Below are positions 42,667 to 52,616 of a stretch of DNA of 64,000 nt, piece by piece. Below the pieces are notes generated by a model. The model did no database searches and was not told where the DNA came from. It saw nothing but the letters and a program-made list of their open reading frames with translations. Position 1 is the stretch's first letter; every line of letters begins with the position of its first letter. This DNA is from Candidatus Bathyarchaeota archaeon (GTDB lineage Archaea > Thermoproteota > Bathyarchaeia > Bathyarchaeales > Bathycorpusculaceae). Where the stretch lies: assembly GCA_963739305.1 (NCBI GenBank), contig CAVTZU010000020.1, positions 64,001 to 128,000 of the forward strand, written 5' to 3'. The translations under genes and the position numbers were made by a program.

Positions 42667-44031
42667 TTGTTTGGAAGAAAGAAACACCAAGACAAAAAAG
42701 AACCTCTGGGGCTAGTTACTGTTGAAGGCAAAAGCAGCCCTAGTTATCTCGTGGCCAGCAGCGACCAAGCAAGTGACTCTAGCAAGCTGTCAAGCATTCG
42801 AGGGCGTTTGGAAGCCGCGCATCTGATTGAGCAGTCTTCAACGCTGAACCCGGCCTTGGCGGTGCCTCTCATAACTTCTGGCGCTGGAGGCTACACGTAC
42901 CCGATTGACTTCTACGACTACAAAGATTACCTGGATATCTATTATTACATTCCGTATGCGGCTCGAGCAGTCGATATCAAGCATTTCATGATTTGGCAGA
43001 TGGGTTACGATCTCCAATGCGAAGACAAGGGCACGCTCGCAAGTGTTCAGAAGTTTCTTGCAGAAAAGGAGCTCGACGTTGTTCTCCGTGAAGGGAGCCT
43101 GTATGGGCTTATTTACGGGAACATGTATTGGCACTTGGAACCTGACGAGTCGCTGGTGCCATTGAACCCGGCGCGTGTCGGCGTCAAACTCTCGCCAGGA
43201 ACGAATGAAGTCATTGAGTATCGTTATGAACCTGTCTTCGGGAAGGTTTTCAAGTTTAAGCCTGAGGAGGTTCTTCATTTGCGGTTGAATCCGGAGCCTT
43301 GGGGCACTTTCGGCGTAAGCTCTCTGAAACGGGTCCTGCCAACTGTTAAGGCTCTTGTATTCATGGAGGAGAAGCTGCCGCTTATCGCTCGACGCCGTGC
43401 AGATCCTCTTCTTGCGATCCAGATCGGGGACAAGGATAACCCGGTTGACGAACAGAAGTTTAAGTCGATCAAAGGCGACATTATCAACAGGAATCCAGGT
43501 GAAGATATTTTCCACGACGGCCTCTTGAAGATTCAAGAGGTTTATCAGAGCGCGAGTGTCGGCGGCCGTCAAACTGTTGAACCGATTATTGATCATTTTG
43601 TACGAAACCTTGTCGCAGGCCTCGGGGTTCCTGAGCCGGCATTAGGTTTTGGTGGTACGACGACGATGGCTACTGCTGAGTACCAGGAGCGCGTTCTCGA
43701 GGCTGAAACACGGAATTATCAGAGGATCCTGAAGAAGTTCTTTGAAGACGTGATCTTTCCTTTGGCAAAGGTTGCGAAGCCTGTTTCTTTGAATTGGAAG
43801 CCGTTGACTGAAGAGGACAAGGAGGCTTTGAGCAAGATGTTCCAGGGTGACATTGAGCATGGGATCGTTTCGCCTGAGTGGGCTCGGCAGCGGCTAGGAT
43901 ATCCGGAGGAAGCTGGGAAGGGCACGGTGATGAGTACGAGGCTTCAGGCCTGGGCTTTACCCACGATAGGTGAGCAACCGACGATTCCAACTACGAGCCC
44001 AGAAGCGAAGAAGAGGATGGAAGCGAAGTAG
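42667..44031 (+). CDS. Portal protein
   Basis: IYGNMYW, LVPLNPARV, PEEVLHLRLN...FGVS, GLGVP, WARQRLGY; follows TerL. Confidence 0.9.
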   Translation: MFGRKKHQDKKEPLGLVTVEGKSSPSYLVASSDQASDSSKLSSIRGRLEAAHLIEQSSTLNPALAVPLITSGAGGYTYPIDFYDYKDYLDIYYYIPYAARAVDIKHFMIWQMGYDLQCEDKGTLASVQKFLAEKELDVVLREGSLYGLIYGNMYWHLEPDESLVPLNPARVGVKLSPGTNEVIEYRYEPVFGKVFKFKPEEVLHLRLNPEPWGTFGVSSLKRVLPTVKALVFMEEKLPLIARRRADPLLAIQIGDKDNPVDEQKFKSIKGDIINRNPGEDIFHDGLLKIQEVYQSASVGGRQTVEPIIDHFVRNLVAGLGVPEPALGFGGTTTMATAEYQERVLEAETRNYQRILKKFFEDVIFPLAKVAKPVSLNWKPLTEEDKEALSKMFQGDIEHGIVSPEWARQRLGYPEEAGKGTVMSTRLQAWALPTIGEQPTIPTTSPEAKKRMEAK

Positions 44032-44041
44032 GCATATAAGA

Positions 44042-45304
44042 ATGGCTAGACACCCTGATTTTCAGAGGATATTCGATGCTTTCATGAAGCAATACTGTGA
44101 GGGCTCAGAATGCACCGAAGGAAAAGTAGCTTATCAGACTTGGCTCAGCAAAATCGGGCTAGACGAGACAAAGCCCTATCAGAGGCCGCAGGAGAAGTTT
44201 GCCTGGGCCAAAGACTACATTCAATTCGTCAAGGAAGACGATAAAGCTAAGTACTTCAAAATCCGAGCCCTATTCCCTCTTACGAGCATGAACGATAACC
44301 TCTACACGCAACACGAGATCCTGACTGCAACGAAGACGTTGATCGGTAAACCGACAGATCTGAACCATACTAGCGAGATCCTGCCGGAAGTCGAGACTGT
44401 TGACGCTGATTTCGAGGACAAGACGGTTGAGTGTATCGATAGGGTTCAGAAGGGCAGCAAAGCTCTGCAGCTCCTCGAGAGCGGCCAGATTATTCATGTG
44501 AGCGTTGAGGCTGATTGTCTCCGAGGTAGTGAGCCGACGCCGGAGGGGAATTTGTGCAGAGGGCTCATTTTCACCGGCAAGGCGTATCTGACGAAGGATG
44601 TGTTGCCTGGTGTGCCGTTGACGACGATTGAGCCTCTGGAGAAGATTGTTGAAGGTTTCAAGGTGACGAATTTGACACAAGAAAAAGGAAAAGAACAAGC
44701 ACCGCCTGAAAAGACGGACCCGCAGAATCCAGAAGGCTTCGGTGATGCAAGCTTCCCTGACGACTGCTTTGCGTATGTCCCGGATAGTGCGAAGGGGCCT
44801 GACGGCAGAAAGAGCGATCGTAAGCTTCCGTATAAGAACAAGGATGGCACGGTAGATCTTGATCATGTTCGGAATGCGCTGGCTCGGCTTAATCAGACGC
44901 AGGGAATTTCGGATGCTGAAAAAGAGAAAATCAGGACTATGCTCCAGAATATTCTGAAGAAAGCGAATCTGGACTATAAGCCTGAAGCTATGGCTTACGA
45001 TGAGTTCAGGGCTGAGCTCGACGCTGTGAAGCAACGTCTAGGAGATCTTGACGCTTTGAAGACTCAGATCCAGGTCTTATCGGACCAGATTGCGAAGCTT
45101 TCTGCTGAACCTGAGCCTCCCGAGCCCGAACAGAAGACGGAGAAGCTGAATGACCCGAAGCTTTGCCTGTGTGTGTTGACGAAGGAAGGTTTCTGGGCTC
45201 GTTTTCATCAGCTCCGCAGTGAAGGCCTGGACAAGAACGATGCGTTCAGGCTTGTCAGTCAAGAAGTCATCGCAGCGGTCGAGAAGAAAGCGCAAGGGCA
45301 GTAA
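44042..45304 (+). CDS. Prohead protease/scaffold fusion
   Basis: TSMNDNLY, DLNH, HVSVE protease core; FAYVP...RKLPY...HVRNALARL domain; coiled-coil tail. Confidence 0.75.
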   Translation: MARHPDFQRIFDAFMKQYCEGSECTEGKVAYQTWLSKIGLDETKPYQRPQEKFAWAKDYIQFVKEDDKAKYFKIRALFPLTSMNDNLYTQHEILTATKTLIGKPTDLNHTSEILPEVETVDADFEDKTVECIDRVQKGSKALQLLESGQIIHVSVEADCLRGSEPTPEGNLCRGLIFTGKAYLTKDVLPGVPLTTIEPLEKIVEGFKVTNLTQEKGKEQAPPEKTDPQNPEGFGDASFPDDCFAYVPDSAKGPDGRKSDRKLPYKNKDGTVDLDHVRNALARLNQTQGISDAEKEKIRTMLQNILKKANLDYKPEAMAYDEFRAELDAVKQRLGDLDALKTQIQVLSDQIAKLSAEPEPPEPEQKTEKLNDPKLCLCVLTKEGFWARFHQLRSEGLDKNDAFRLVSQEVIAAVEKKAQGQ

Positions 45305-45403
45305 CCGGTTCTTTCGGTCTGTAGTTTTCAGTTGGCGGTGAGGCGACTCAGCCGACGTTCTTGGGTGAGCCCTTGAACGAAATGTTGGGAAGTGAACTTT
45401 CAA
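45304..45403 (+). promoter_or_regulatory. Multi-hairpin leader upstream of the major capsid gene
   Basis: GTTGGC..TGAG-GCGA-CTCA-GCCGAC; CGTTC..GGG-TGAG-CCC..GAACG; additional weaker stems. Confidence 0.55.
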
Positions 45404-45417
45404 GGAGAATAGAATGA

Positions 45418-46524
45418 ATGGATGATAAACAAATTGCAGAAGCCTTCCAGGGTATGGATGGCAAAATCAAGAGCATAGACGAGAAAATCGCCCAAGGCAC
45501 CAAGACGATAGATGACCGTTTGACAAAGGCCCTCGAGCAGATCAGTGCGAAAGAGGATCTGGGTCCTTACCTGAATATGAGTGCTCGAGAGATCTACGCT
45601 GCTCAACAGAAACGAAGCATGATCGAGAAGCTGACGGCCTTCAGGTCAAGTGATCTCAGCAAGATGACGGTTAGAGAACTGTTGACAAGCACGTCCAGCA
45701 TTGCCTTGCCGACGATGGTTCAGACCCGGGCGATCCTCGAGTTGACGGGCAACTGGATGGATGCTCGTGAGATCTGCATGCTCGTGGACGTTCCGAAGGG
45801 CTCAGGAAAAACCATTAACACCCAGGTTATCACAATGCCAGCTTACGACAGTTGGACAGAGGGCTCAGCTCTCACTGCTGCAGATCCGACGCTAACGACG
45901 AGAAGCATCACGCTTGCGCCCTTCGGCAAAGTCACTCAGATCTCAGATTTGCTTGCGAACACTTCAGCAGTCAACTTTGTTGATATGCTTGGCCAAGTGC
46001 ACGGCGCATGCGTTCGCCAGGGCATATTCAGCAAGGTGTTGACCGCGATTTCTGCGGGCGCTGGCGGAACGATAAGCGCAGGTTCGGGATCAACCCTCAC
46101 GTTCACTGACGTAAGAAGTGCAATCAATACAGTAGCAAACGCAGGTGTCTCTCCACCTGATTTCATCGTGACATCGCCTACGAACGCTTGGACAGCGTTC
46201 AGCACAAGTGACGCTATGACGCAGTACTATGGTGCACTGAATGATATCATGAGAAGCGGCCAGGGCAAAGTTATCCATAATGTCTTGGGTCTTGACTGGT
46301 ACTTGGATCCCTATTGGGATACTCTGTTTCCCGCTTCACTAAAGAGACTTGCTTACGTTGGATGCAAAGGATTGAGCGCGGTTTGGGCAGCCCTTCAGAC
46401 TGAGCCCCAGGTGGAAATCTATCGTCTCCCAACGGCACTGGCAAACTATGTGATCACGCACATCGACGGCGGCGCCATCGTTGGCTCTGCAAATAGCATC
46501 TGCAAAATAACATACGCAAGCTAG
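45418..46524 (+). CDS. Major capsid protein (HK97 fold)
   Basis: N-terminal coiled coil, IALPT, WTEGS, FGKVTQISDLL, VLGLDWY; position after protease. Confidence 0.85.
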   Translation: MDDKQIAEAFQGMDGKIKSIDEKIAQGTKTIDDRLTKALEQISAKEDLGPYLNMSAREIYAAQQKRSMIEKLTAFRSSDLSKMTVRELLTSTSSIALPTMVQTRAILELTGNWMDAREICMLVDVPKGSGKTINTQVITMPAYDSWTEGSALTAADPTLTTRSITLAPFGKVTQISDLLANTSAVNFVDMLGQVHGACVRQGIFSKVLTAISAGAGGTISAGSGSTLTFTDVRSAINTVANAGVSPPDFIVTSPTNAWTAFSTSDAMTQYYGALNDIMRSGQGKVIHNVLGLDWYLDPYWDTLFPASLKRLAYVGCKGLSAVWAALQTEPQVEIYRLPTALANYVITHIDGGAIVGSANSICKITYAS

Positions 46525-46578
46525 GCAACATTTTCGGTTCTATGCGTCTTTTTCCCTTTTTTCTTAGTCTAATCGAAT

Positions 46579-46790
46579 CGTGTAGGAGAAGGCAGAAAGT
46601 GTTTGATTTACGAGGGTTAAGTCGAGCTCAACTCTTAGCTTTGGCTCATGGCTTAACTGTCGTGTTCAATCTCACAGAGAATTATGTTATTGCTCTGAAC
46701 GATAAGGGCGAAACGTTCGCGGTTTACAGTCTCCCGGAAGGGAAAGCCCGGGACGAGGTCCTGGCTGCAGAAGCTTTTCGGTGCTCCTGA
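46579..46790 (+). CDS. Small hypothetical protein
   Basis: GTG start after AGGAGAAGG. Confidence 0.5.
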
Positions 46791-46794
46791 ATGT

Positions 46795-47034
46795 GTGAAT
46801 CTCTGCGGCTACGGTCTCTTACGGCGTCACTTGACTTGCGGCGTCTGCAGGTTCAAGCTTATCAAGGAGGGCAAGTTGCCTCCTGTCGTCCCGGTGACCG
46901 TGTATTTCTTGGCGATGGGGAAGGACCGTAGGTTTGAGAAGCTTCAGGGTTGGCTTGGTAAGAAGCTGCTGGCGCTCGTGGAGTATGTTGAGTTGAAGGG
47001 AGAGCAGCAACGTCGCAGGACCTCAAAGAGCTAA
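46795..47034 (+). CDS. Small Cys-containing hypothetical protein
   Basis: CG...CGVC; co-oriented in operon. Confidence 0.45.
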   Translation: MNLCGYGLLRRHLTCGVCRFKLIKEGKLPPVVPVTVYFLAMGKDRRFEKLQGWLGKKLLALVEYVELKGEQQRRRTSKS

Positions 47035-47137
47035 GCAAGATTCTCTGTCGGGCCTGCGGGATCCGGTCCTATGAGGAATGCAGGAGCTGCAGGGCTCACA
47101 TCTTGGTTAATCGTTTACTGAATCAAAGTGACAGAAG

Positions 47138-49393
47138 ATGAGTGCAGAAAAGAGTCAGCCGATCTTCAACCTGAATTTCAGTCAGTTCTTCACTGGAAAG
47201 TACGGTTGGATCAAAGCAACTATCATGATTGTTTTGATTCTGGTGGCTGCGGGTTGGGCTGCTGAGCGAGGCGTCAATGTCTCAGTTAATCTAGCTTTAG
47301 AAGCCCGGGTTTCAGCGATCGAGAACACCTTGAACGTTCCTGTGAACAGCAGTCTATCAGCCTTCAGGAAGGGTGATAGTTACGTCGTGAGCCTTGTCGA
47401 TTCTTACGCGTGTCTGCAGAATGGTAGTAACGGAGGCCTCCGAGAATACAGTCTAAGTCATTCAGCGATTATTCAGGATGCGCTCAATAACGCCTCTATT
47501 TCTGGTGGGAGCGTCTATGTCGCTGAGGGACCCTATTCTGCTTCTGTTACTCTTAAAAACAACACTCGTTTGATTATCGATCAGGGCGCCACTGGCATCA
47601 CGGTTGCAGGTGTCGACGTCGGCGCCAACTCTATCCTCGATGATTTCAACACTGGAGTTTTCAAGTATTACAGCAGTGGCTCGATCAAAACTGTTTTTGA
47701 TTATGCTTCTGGAAACCTCTTAACAGCCTCAGCGAATTTGACGACTCTTTATGTTGGAGCAATTGATCCGCTTGGGACCAGCTACGTTTCTATCTATAAG
47801 CTTGTGGTTGAGAACGGAACGGGTTATCCAGGTTCGCCCCAGGTTGGCCAACTTTTCTATAGGACAGATCTCCACACGCTTTCTTACTGGAACAGCACAG
47901 ATTGGGTCGGATGCGGGGGCGGGGGAGGCGGGCCTGACGACGATAGTATCTATCTGCTTTCTGCTTCTGCAACTAACTTTCTCTTTCAGAATGGAACGCG
48001 AGCCTTGACTGGTGACTGGAATGCTGGAGCTTACGGGATCTATGGTTTCACATGGGTGAACAGCACTTCATTGAGTGCGACGAATTATTATTTAGGAAAC
48101 TCGCAACTCGGATTCATTCAGCACGAGAGTTTCTTGATTGATGCATTAGGCGGCTACACGCGAGCATGGTATGGAGCGAACAGCACATTTGCGTTTCAAA
48201 ATACAGACGCAACCAAAACATTTCAATGGGCAGAAGGTAACTCGACAAATGGCGGTAAGATTACCGTATCCCCTGGAAGCTACAACGTTTCCACTATTAC
48301 AGTTTCGCATAGGGCAATCTGGTTCTGCGGCCAATCCGAGGCCAACGCGCCCGTTGGCGGTTTTAATGGTGAGGGGACAGTTCTCAATCTAGCGAACGGC
48401 ACTAACAGTAATATGTTCAACGTTAGTGCTCCAAGCGCAGCTTTCTTTGAAATTTCAAACATGAAACTTAACGGAAACGCTCAAAATAACACAGCCAACG
48501 GAAATGGAATCTGGATCAACGACACATGTACTGATGGTTACATCCACGACCTTTGGATTGATGATTTCTCAAACAACGGTATCAGGATTGAGCCCTCAGG
48601 TGAAATATGGGGAATCCGAATCATTAACTGTGACATAGAACATAATCTTTGGCACGGAATAGACCTGGAAGGGACTGCGATAAGCAGAAGCATACTAATT
48701 CAGGGCAACTATATTCACAGCAACTCTCTTAATGGCATCTATGAAGGCGTTCAGTACGTTAACTCTTTGACGGTTAGCCTGAACACGATCAGGTACAACA
48801 ATAACAATGGCATCTACTTGAAATACGCCCATAACTTCCTCCTAGAAGAGAACCAGATCCATGACAACAAAGCCGGATACAGCGGCATCAAACTTGAAGG
48901 TTCCTCTGCTAATCACTGTGAAAACGGAACGATAATCGGCAACGACATAAACAACATCGCACTCGGAGGCTCTAATGGCCAGGATTACGGAATCCTCTTT
49001 CTGAATGCCTACGTTGACTACATCACCGTTGGTCCTAACAACCTCCGAGGCAACAGAGTCTCAGCAATAAGCATTTCATATACGTACAACTATCATGGAA
49101 ACATTCAAAACAACATGGGCTACAATCCGATTGGGTACATTGCTTCGCCAATAAACTCAACTAGCTATGACATCGTCAATTCAGGGGCAAACTCAACGTG
49201 GACTAACAATACTGTCTACACGAACACGCAATCGCCCAAAAACCTCTATGTAAATGGTGGGACAATATTAGCGATCTCAGTCGACAGTCAGGTCCTCTTT
49301 ACGGCAACAAGTGTGATGGTTCACCTTGAAGTCGGTGACACTTTTAACGCGACGTGGTCAGTGGCTCCAACGATAGTTGCGATCGGCGAATGA
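47138..49393 (+). CDS. Fibre/spike-like protein with beta-helix and N-terminal TM segment
   Basis: PGSPQVGQLFYRTD, NGTRALTGDWNAG fibre motifs, pectin-lyase-like repeats; WIKATIMIVLILVAAGWAA. Confidence 0.75.
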   Translation: MSAEKSQPIFNLNFSQFFTGKYGWIKATIMIVLILVAAGWAAERGVNVSVNLALEARVSAIENTLNVPVNSSLSAFRKGDSYVVSLVDSYACLQNGSNGGLREYSLSHSAIIQDALNNASISGGSVYVAEGPYSASVTLKNNTRLIIDQGATGITVAGVDVGANSILDDFNTGVFKYYSSGSIKTVFDYASGNLLTASANLTTLYVGAIDPLGTSYVSIYKLVVENGTGYPGSPQVGQLFYRTDLHTLSYWNSTDWVGCGGGGGGPDDDSIYLLSASATNFLFQNGTRALTGDWNAGAYGIYGFTWVNSTSLSATNYYLGNSQLGFIQHESFLIDALGGYTRAWYGANSTFAFQNTDATKTFQWAEGNSTNGGKITVSPGSYNVSTITVSHRAIWFCGQSEANAPVGGFNGEGTVLNLANGTNSNMFNVSAPSAAFFEISNMKLNGNAQNNTANGNGIWINDTCTDGYIHDLWIDDFSNNGIRIEPSGEIWGIRIINCDIEHNLWHGIDLEGTAISRSILIQGNYIHSNSLNGIYEGVQYVNSLTVSLNTIRYNNNNGIYLKYAHNFLLEENQIHDNKAGYSGIKLEGSSANHCENGTIIGNDINNIALGGSNGQDYGILFLNAYVDYITVGPNNLRGNRVSAISISYTYNYHGNIQNNMGYNPIGYIASPINSTSYDIVNSGANSTWTNNTVYTNTQSPKNLYVNGGTILAISVDSQVLFTATSVMVHLEVGDTFNATWSVAPTIVAIGE

Positions 49394-49413
49394 AAGGGAG
49401 AAAGTGATTCTCT

Positions 49414-50349
49414 TTGTCGACTGCAATAACTGAAACGAAGACTGGAACAGCGACGATTACTGCTGGGTCGACGTCTGTTACGGTTCTTCATGGGCTTGCT
49501 GGCGCCCCAGCTCTCGGTGACATTAGCCTTACGCCGCAGGATGATCTTGGCGGTAGAGGCTACTGGCCTTCTAACCCAACGGGCACATCGTTCACCATTA
49601 ACATTAGCTTCCTGGATCCTTCTGTCAACCATTCCTTTTCTTGGATGATTAGCTACAGCACGACGATCACAGGGGGAGGCGGCGGTTCAGGCCCATCCGG
49701 CACTTACTGCACGACTGACGATGTTAAGGCCTTCAGCATAATCTCCTATACGGACCTCGGCTATGCGTCTGACGCTGCCTTCGTGACGTTCTTGAATAGC
49801 TTGATCGCTTATGCCGGCGCCCAGATCGATGAGTTTTGTCGGCTGCCAGAGGGTTTCTTCAATGCTGGCGGCTACTCTGTTACGGCAGAGATGTACGATT
49901 ACAAGTTTCCGTACACGCAGCTCTATGTTTTTCCGCTTTATCGGCTACCGCCTGTGAGCCTGCGATATCAACCTGTCGTGTCTGTCTCGAAAGTTGAGTA
50001 CAACACTCAAGGATACGGCTTAAGCCCTAACTGGGTTGAAATCGTTCTTCCTGGCTACATCTTTGACCCAATCGCCTGCACGGTTACGATTGTCTTGAAG
50101 ATGCCTGCTATGGCGCAGTTGAGCATTCGCGTTACTTACATAGCTGGGTACGCGGCGGTTCCAGACATCGTAAGGTACATTTGCGCGCAGCTCTGCTCTA
50201 ATATCCTCCATGAGATTCTTCAGAGGAAGCTTAGCCCGCAGGTGACGCCGGGAAACGTCGTTATGAGGATTGTTACGCCTGCGGCCTTCACCCCGGATCT
50301 CCAGGATGGCTTGAAGCATTTCGTGCGCAGATTCATCGGAGTCGGCTAA
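49414..50349 (+). CDS. Head-tail adaptor (gp15/gp6-like) with N-terminal fibre-like domain
   Basis: YCTTDDVK, LIAYAGAQIDEFC, IRVTYIAGYAAVPDIV. Confidence 0.8.
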   Translation: MSTAITETKTGTATITAGSTSVTVLHGLAGAPALGDISLTPQDDLGGRGYWPSNPTGTSFTINISFLDPSVNHSFSWMISYSTTITGGGGGSGPSGTYCTTDDVKAFSIISYTDLGYASDAAFVTFLNSLIAYAGAQIDEFCRLPEGFFNAGGYSVTAEMYDYKFPYTQLYVFPLYRLPPVSLRYQPVVSVSKVEYNTQGYGLSPNWVEIVLPGYIFDPIACTVTIVLKMPAMAQLSIRVTYIAGYAAVPDIVRYICAQLCSNILHEILQRKLSPQVTPGNVVMRIVTPAAFTPDLQDGLKHFVRRFIGVG

Positions 50350-50351
50350 TA

Positions 50352-50786
50352 GTGCAGTTTCAGGTCCGGGTGCAGCAGCGCGGCCTCGACATTAAGATCT
50401 TCGCGGATAGATTACAAAATGAAACTCTCCCAGGGCTCGTTGAGGCAGCCATTGATTACGCATATGCTGACATGATGAGTCGGGCGCCCGTTCGAACTGG
50501 GCGTCTCCTGGGAAGCATCCAGAAGCAAAGTGCCGGCCTCAGCGGATCCGTCGGTCCAACAGTGCCGTATGCCGTGTATGTTGAGTATGGTACCATGCCT
50601 CATGAGATCCGCCCGGTATTCGCAAGTGTGTTGGCTTTTGAGGTTGGCGGCAAGATGGTTTTCACGCCGATTGTGCATCATCCGGGCACGAGGCCTAACC
50701 CGTTTATCGAGGCTACAGCTGAGGATGTGAAGGCGAAGATTCCTGAGTTGTGGCAAGAACTTTTCCAGGAGGCAACGCAACAATGA
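50352..50786 (+). CDS. HK97 gp10-like neck/tail-completion protein
   Basis: APVRTGRLLGSI, YAVYVEYGT, HHPGTRPNPF. Confidence 0.9.
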   Translation: MQFQVRVQQRGLDIKIFADRLQNETLPGLVEAAIDYAYADMMSRAPVRTGRLLGSIQKQSAGLSGSVGPTVPYAVYVEYGTMPHEIRPVFASVLAFEVGGKMVFTPIVHHPGTRPNPFIEATAEDVKAKIPELWQELFQEATQQ

Positions 50787-51205
50787 CTAGGTATTACGAT
50801 TCCTACAAGGCCGTTTTCGATGCGGTGAAAACTGATCTTGGAACTGTCTCTTCCCTGAAGAACGTGGTTCTAGGGGAACACTTCAGGATGACAGATCTGC
50901 CTATGGCCGTCGTGAATCCTGAGCACACTGATATCAAACAGGGTGCGTTCGGCTCGTTGCTTGAGAACAGAATCAACTTTGCTGTTATTCTTATGATTCG
51001 GGAGACTGAGCCGGCTAACTGGTTTACGGATATCCTCGCGCCTATGGGAGACGTGATGGACAAGATCCTTACTGACAGGAGCCTTGGAGGAACAGTCAAG
51101 GATACGACGCCGACGCTTTTCAGTCCGGGAGAGATCAAGACGGGTGGCAAGCTGTATTATGGCGGCGTCTTACGGTTTCAGGCCCTGCTGCATTTCACGC
51201 CGTAG
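50783..51205 (+). CDS. Tail terminator-like protein
   Basis: Position; LTDRSLGGTV motif. Confidence 0.65.
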   Translation: MTRYYDSYKAVFDAVKTDLGTVSSLKNVVLGEHFRMTDLPMAVVNPEHTDIKQGAFGSLLENRINFAVILMIRETEPANWFTDILAPMGDVMDKILTDRSLGGTVKDTTPTLFSPGEIKTGGKLYYGGVLRFQALLHFTP

Positions 51206-51219
51206 GGGTCGCGACCCCT

Positions 51220-51769
51220 ATGCGGTCTGAGTTGAAGCTTCACTTCTTCAAGAAGCTCGTTAACCTGGGCATGCGCTTCCTGGACAGGATCGTCCCGGAT
51301 TCGAATCCGGCTTATCCTCAGACGAAAATGGTAGAAGATGTGTTCAAGCGATCTCTTCCGCGTCTATGAGCTTGAAGTTTACCAGGGCATGTATGACGAC
51401 GTGCCTTGCCAAACAATTCTAGGGCTTAAGGACCGCAACTTTCAGCATTTCCTTTCTGTCACCCGGAAACTCTTGCTCTTCGTAGGCGAGAACGATAGAT
51501 ATTACCGGGCTTGGATCGGTCTTGCGTTCAAGCTCGCAAAGGAAGAATACGAACGCGCAGGCCTCCAGCTCACACAAGACGAGTTCATTAGAAGTTACCT
51601 GGAACAGTGGGAGCTGAAGTTTCCGAGAGTGCATCCAGGCTATTTCGAGTCTAACCGTTCAGAGTTTCTTGATATGATGTTGGCATCGTATTTGCCAAAC
51701 TTGTTGCGAAAGAAGATCACTATGCGTGGTCTTCCGCAAGGCAAGGAACAGAAAGAAATTGGAGGATGA
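51220..51769 (+). CDS. Hypothetical protein (frameshift near 51350)
   Basis: MRSELKLHFFKKLVN... joins ORF 51338-51769. Confidence 0.6.
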
Positions 51770-51775
51770 TGGAAA

Positions 51776-52174
51776 ACGGTCAATACAAGTCCTGTCCTGG
51801 GAAGGAACGCAAGCATCAACATAGGTGGCGTTGAAGTCGGCTATATCAAGGGCATAACCTTGGACATTGACGCCGCAATCATCAAAGACTACAAATTCAC
51901 AAGCGACACACCTGCGGTCCTGGAAAGCGGAAACAAATCGTACAAGTTCACTTTCGACAAGATGTACATCGACGGAACATACGCGAACGACGTCATCAAC
52001 GGCACAAAGGTCACGATACTTCTGGGGCCTGCGAACAGCACGCCGACTGGCCAGCCGAAGTACACGTTATCCAACGCGCTCATTTTCAAGAGTAGTTTCA
52101 AGGCTGACCAGGGCGGGATCATTATGGAGCACGGTGAAGGCGAAGCCTTAACACTGACTATCGGAGCGTATTAG
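51776..52174 (+). CDS. Major tail tube protein (in-frame start is ACG)
   Basis: VNTSPVLGRNASINIGGVEVGYIKGITLD...GNKSYKFTFDKMYID. Confidence 0.7.
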   Translation, partial: TVNTSPVLGRNASINIGGVEVGYIKGITLDIDAAIIKDYKFTSDTPAVLESGNKSYKFTFDKMYIDGTYANDVINGTKVTILLGPANSTPTGQPKYTLSNALIFKSSFKADQGGIIMEHGEGEALTLTIGAY

Positions 52175-52196
52175 ACCCTCTTTTTTTGGGGTTGGC

Positions 52197-52616
52197 ATGA
52201 TGAGTGGGAAGGAAGGCGCGGCAGCCAGAGGCAAACGCATCCTTGATAGGATAGACGCTCAAGAAAGGGAAACGGCGAAGAAATTCGATCCTGCAAAGCT
52301 CATCGAGGATTCTGCGAGGATTCTGACTGTTCAGGACCCGGTCCTTGGAGAAATCAAATATACAGTATTGACGACGCAGGACATGTTTGAAATAAGCGAA
52401 TGCACAACTGCTGTTGAACGAACCAAGCAAACAATGTTTCGCCTTCTCCATAAAGCATATCCAAAATTAAAGAGCCCAGACGACATTTTGAAATTGCCGG
52501 CGCAGACAGTCGTGAGGCTCGGCGAGATCTTGGACGGATCTGACAATTTTTTCCAGATACCGAAGCTGTCCAAACCTGGCTCAACGCAAACAAAGACGCC
52601 CAATACATCGGCTTGA
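52197..52616 (+). CDS. Tail assembly chaperone (gpG-like)
   Basis: Between tail tube and tape measure; slippery T TTT TTC at 52547-52553. Confidence 0.8.
   Translation: MMSGKEGAAARGKRILDRIDAQERETAKKFDPAKLIEDSARILTVQDPVLGEIKYTVLTTQDMFEISECTTAVERTKQTMFRLLHKAYPKLKSPDDILKLPAQTVVRLGEILDGSDNFFQIPKLSKPGSTQTKTPNTSA

Noticed and set aside
41405-45034. Long minus-strand ORFs (41616-42278, 42838-43596, 44270-45034)
   Set aside because: Antisense shadows of terminase, portal and protease genes.
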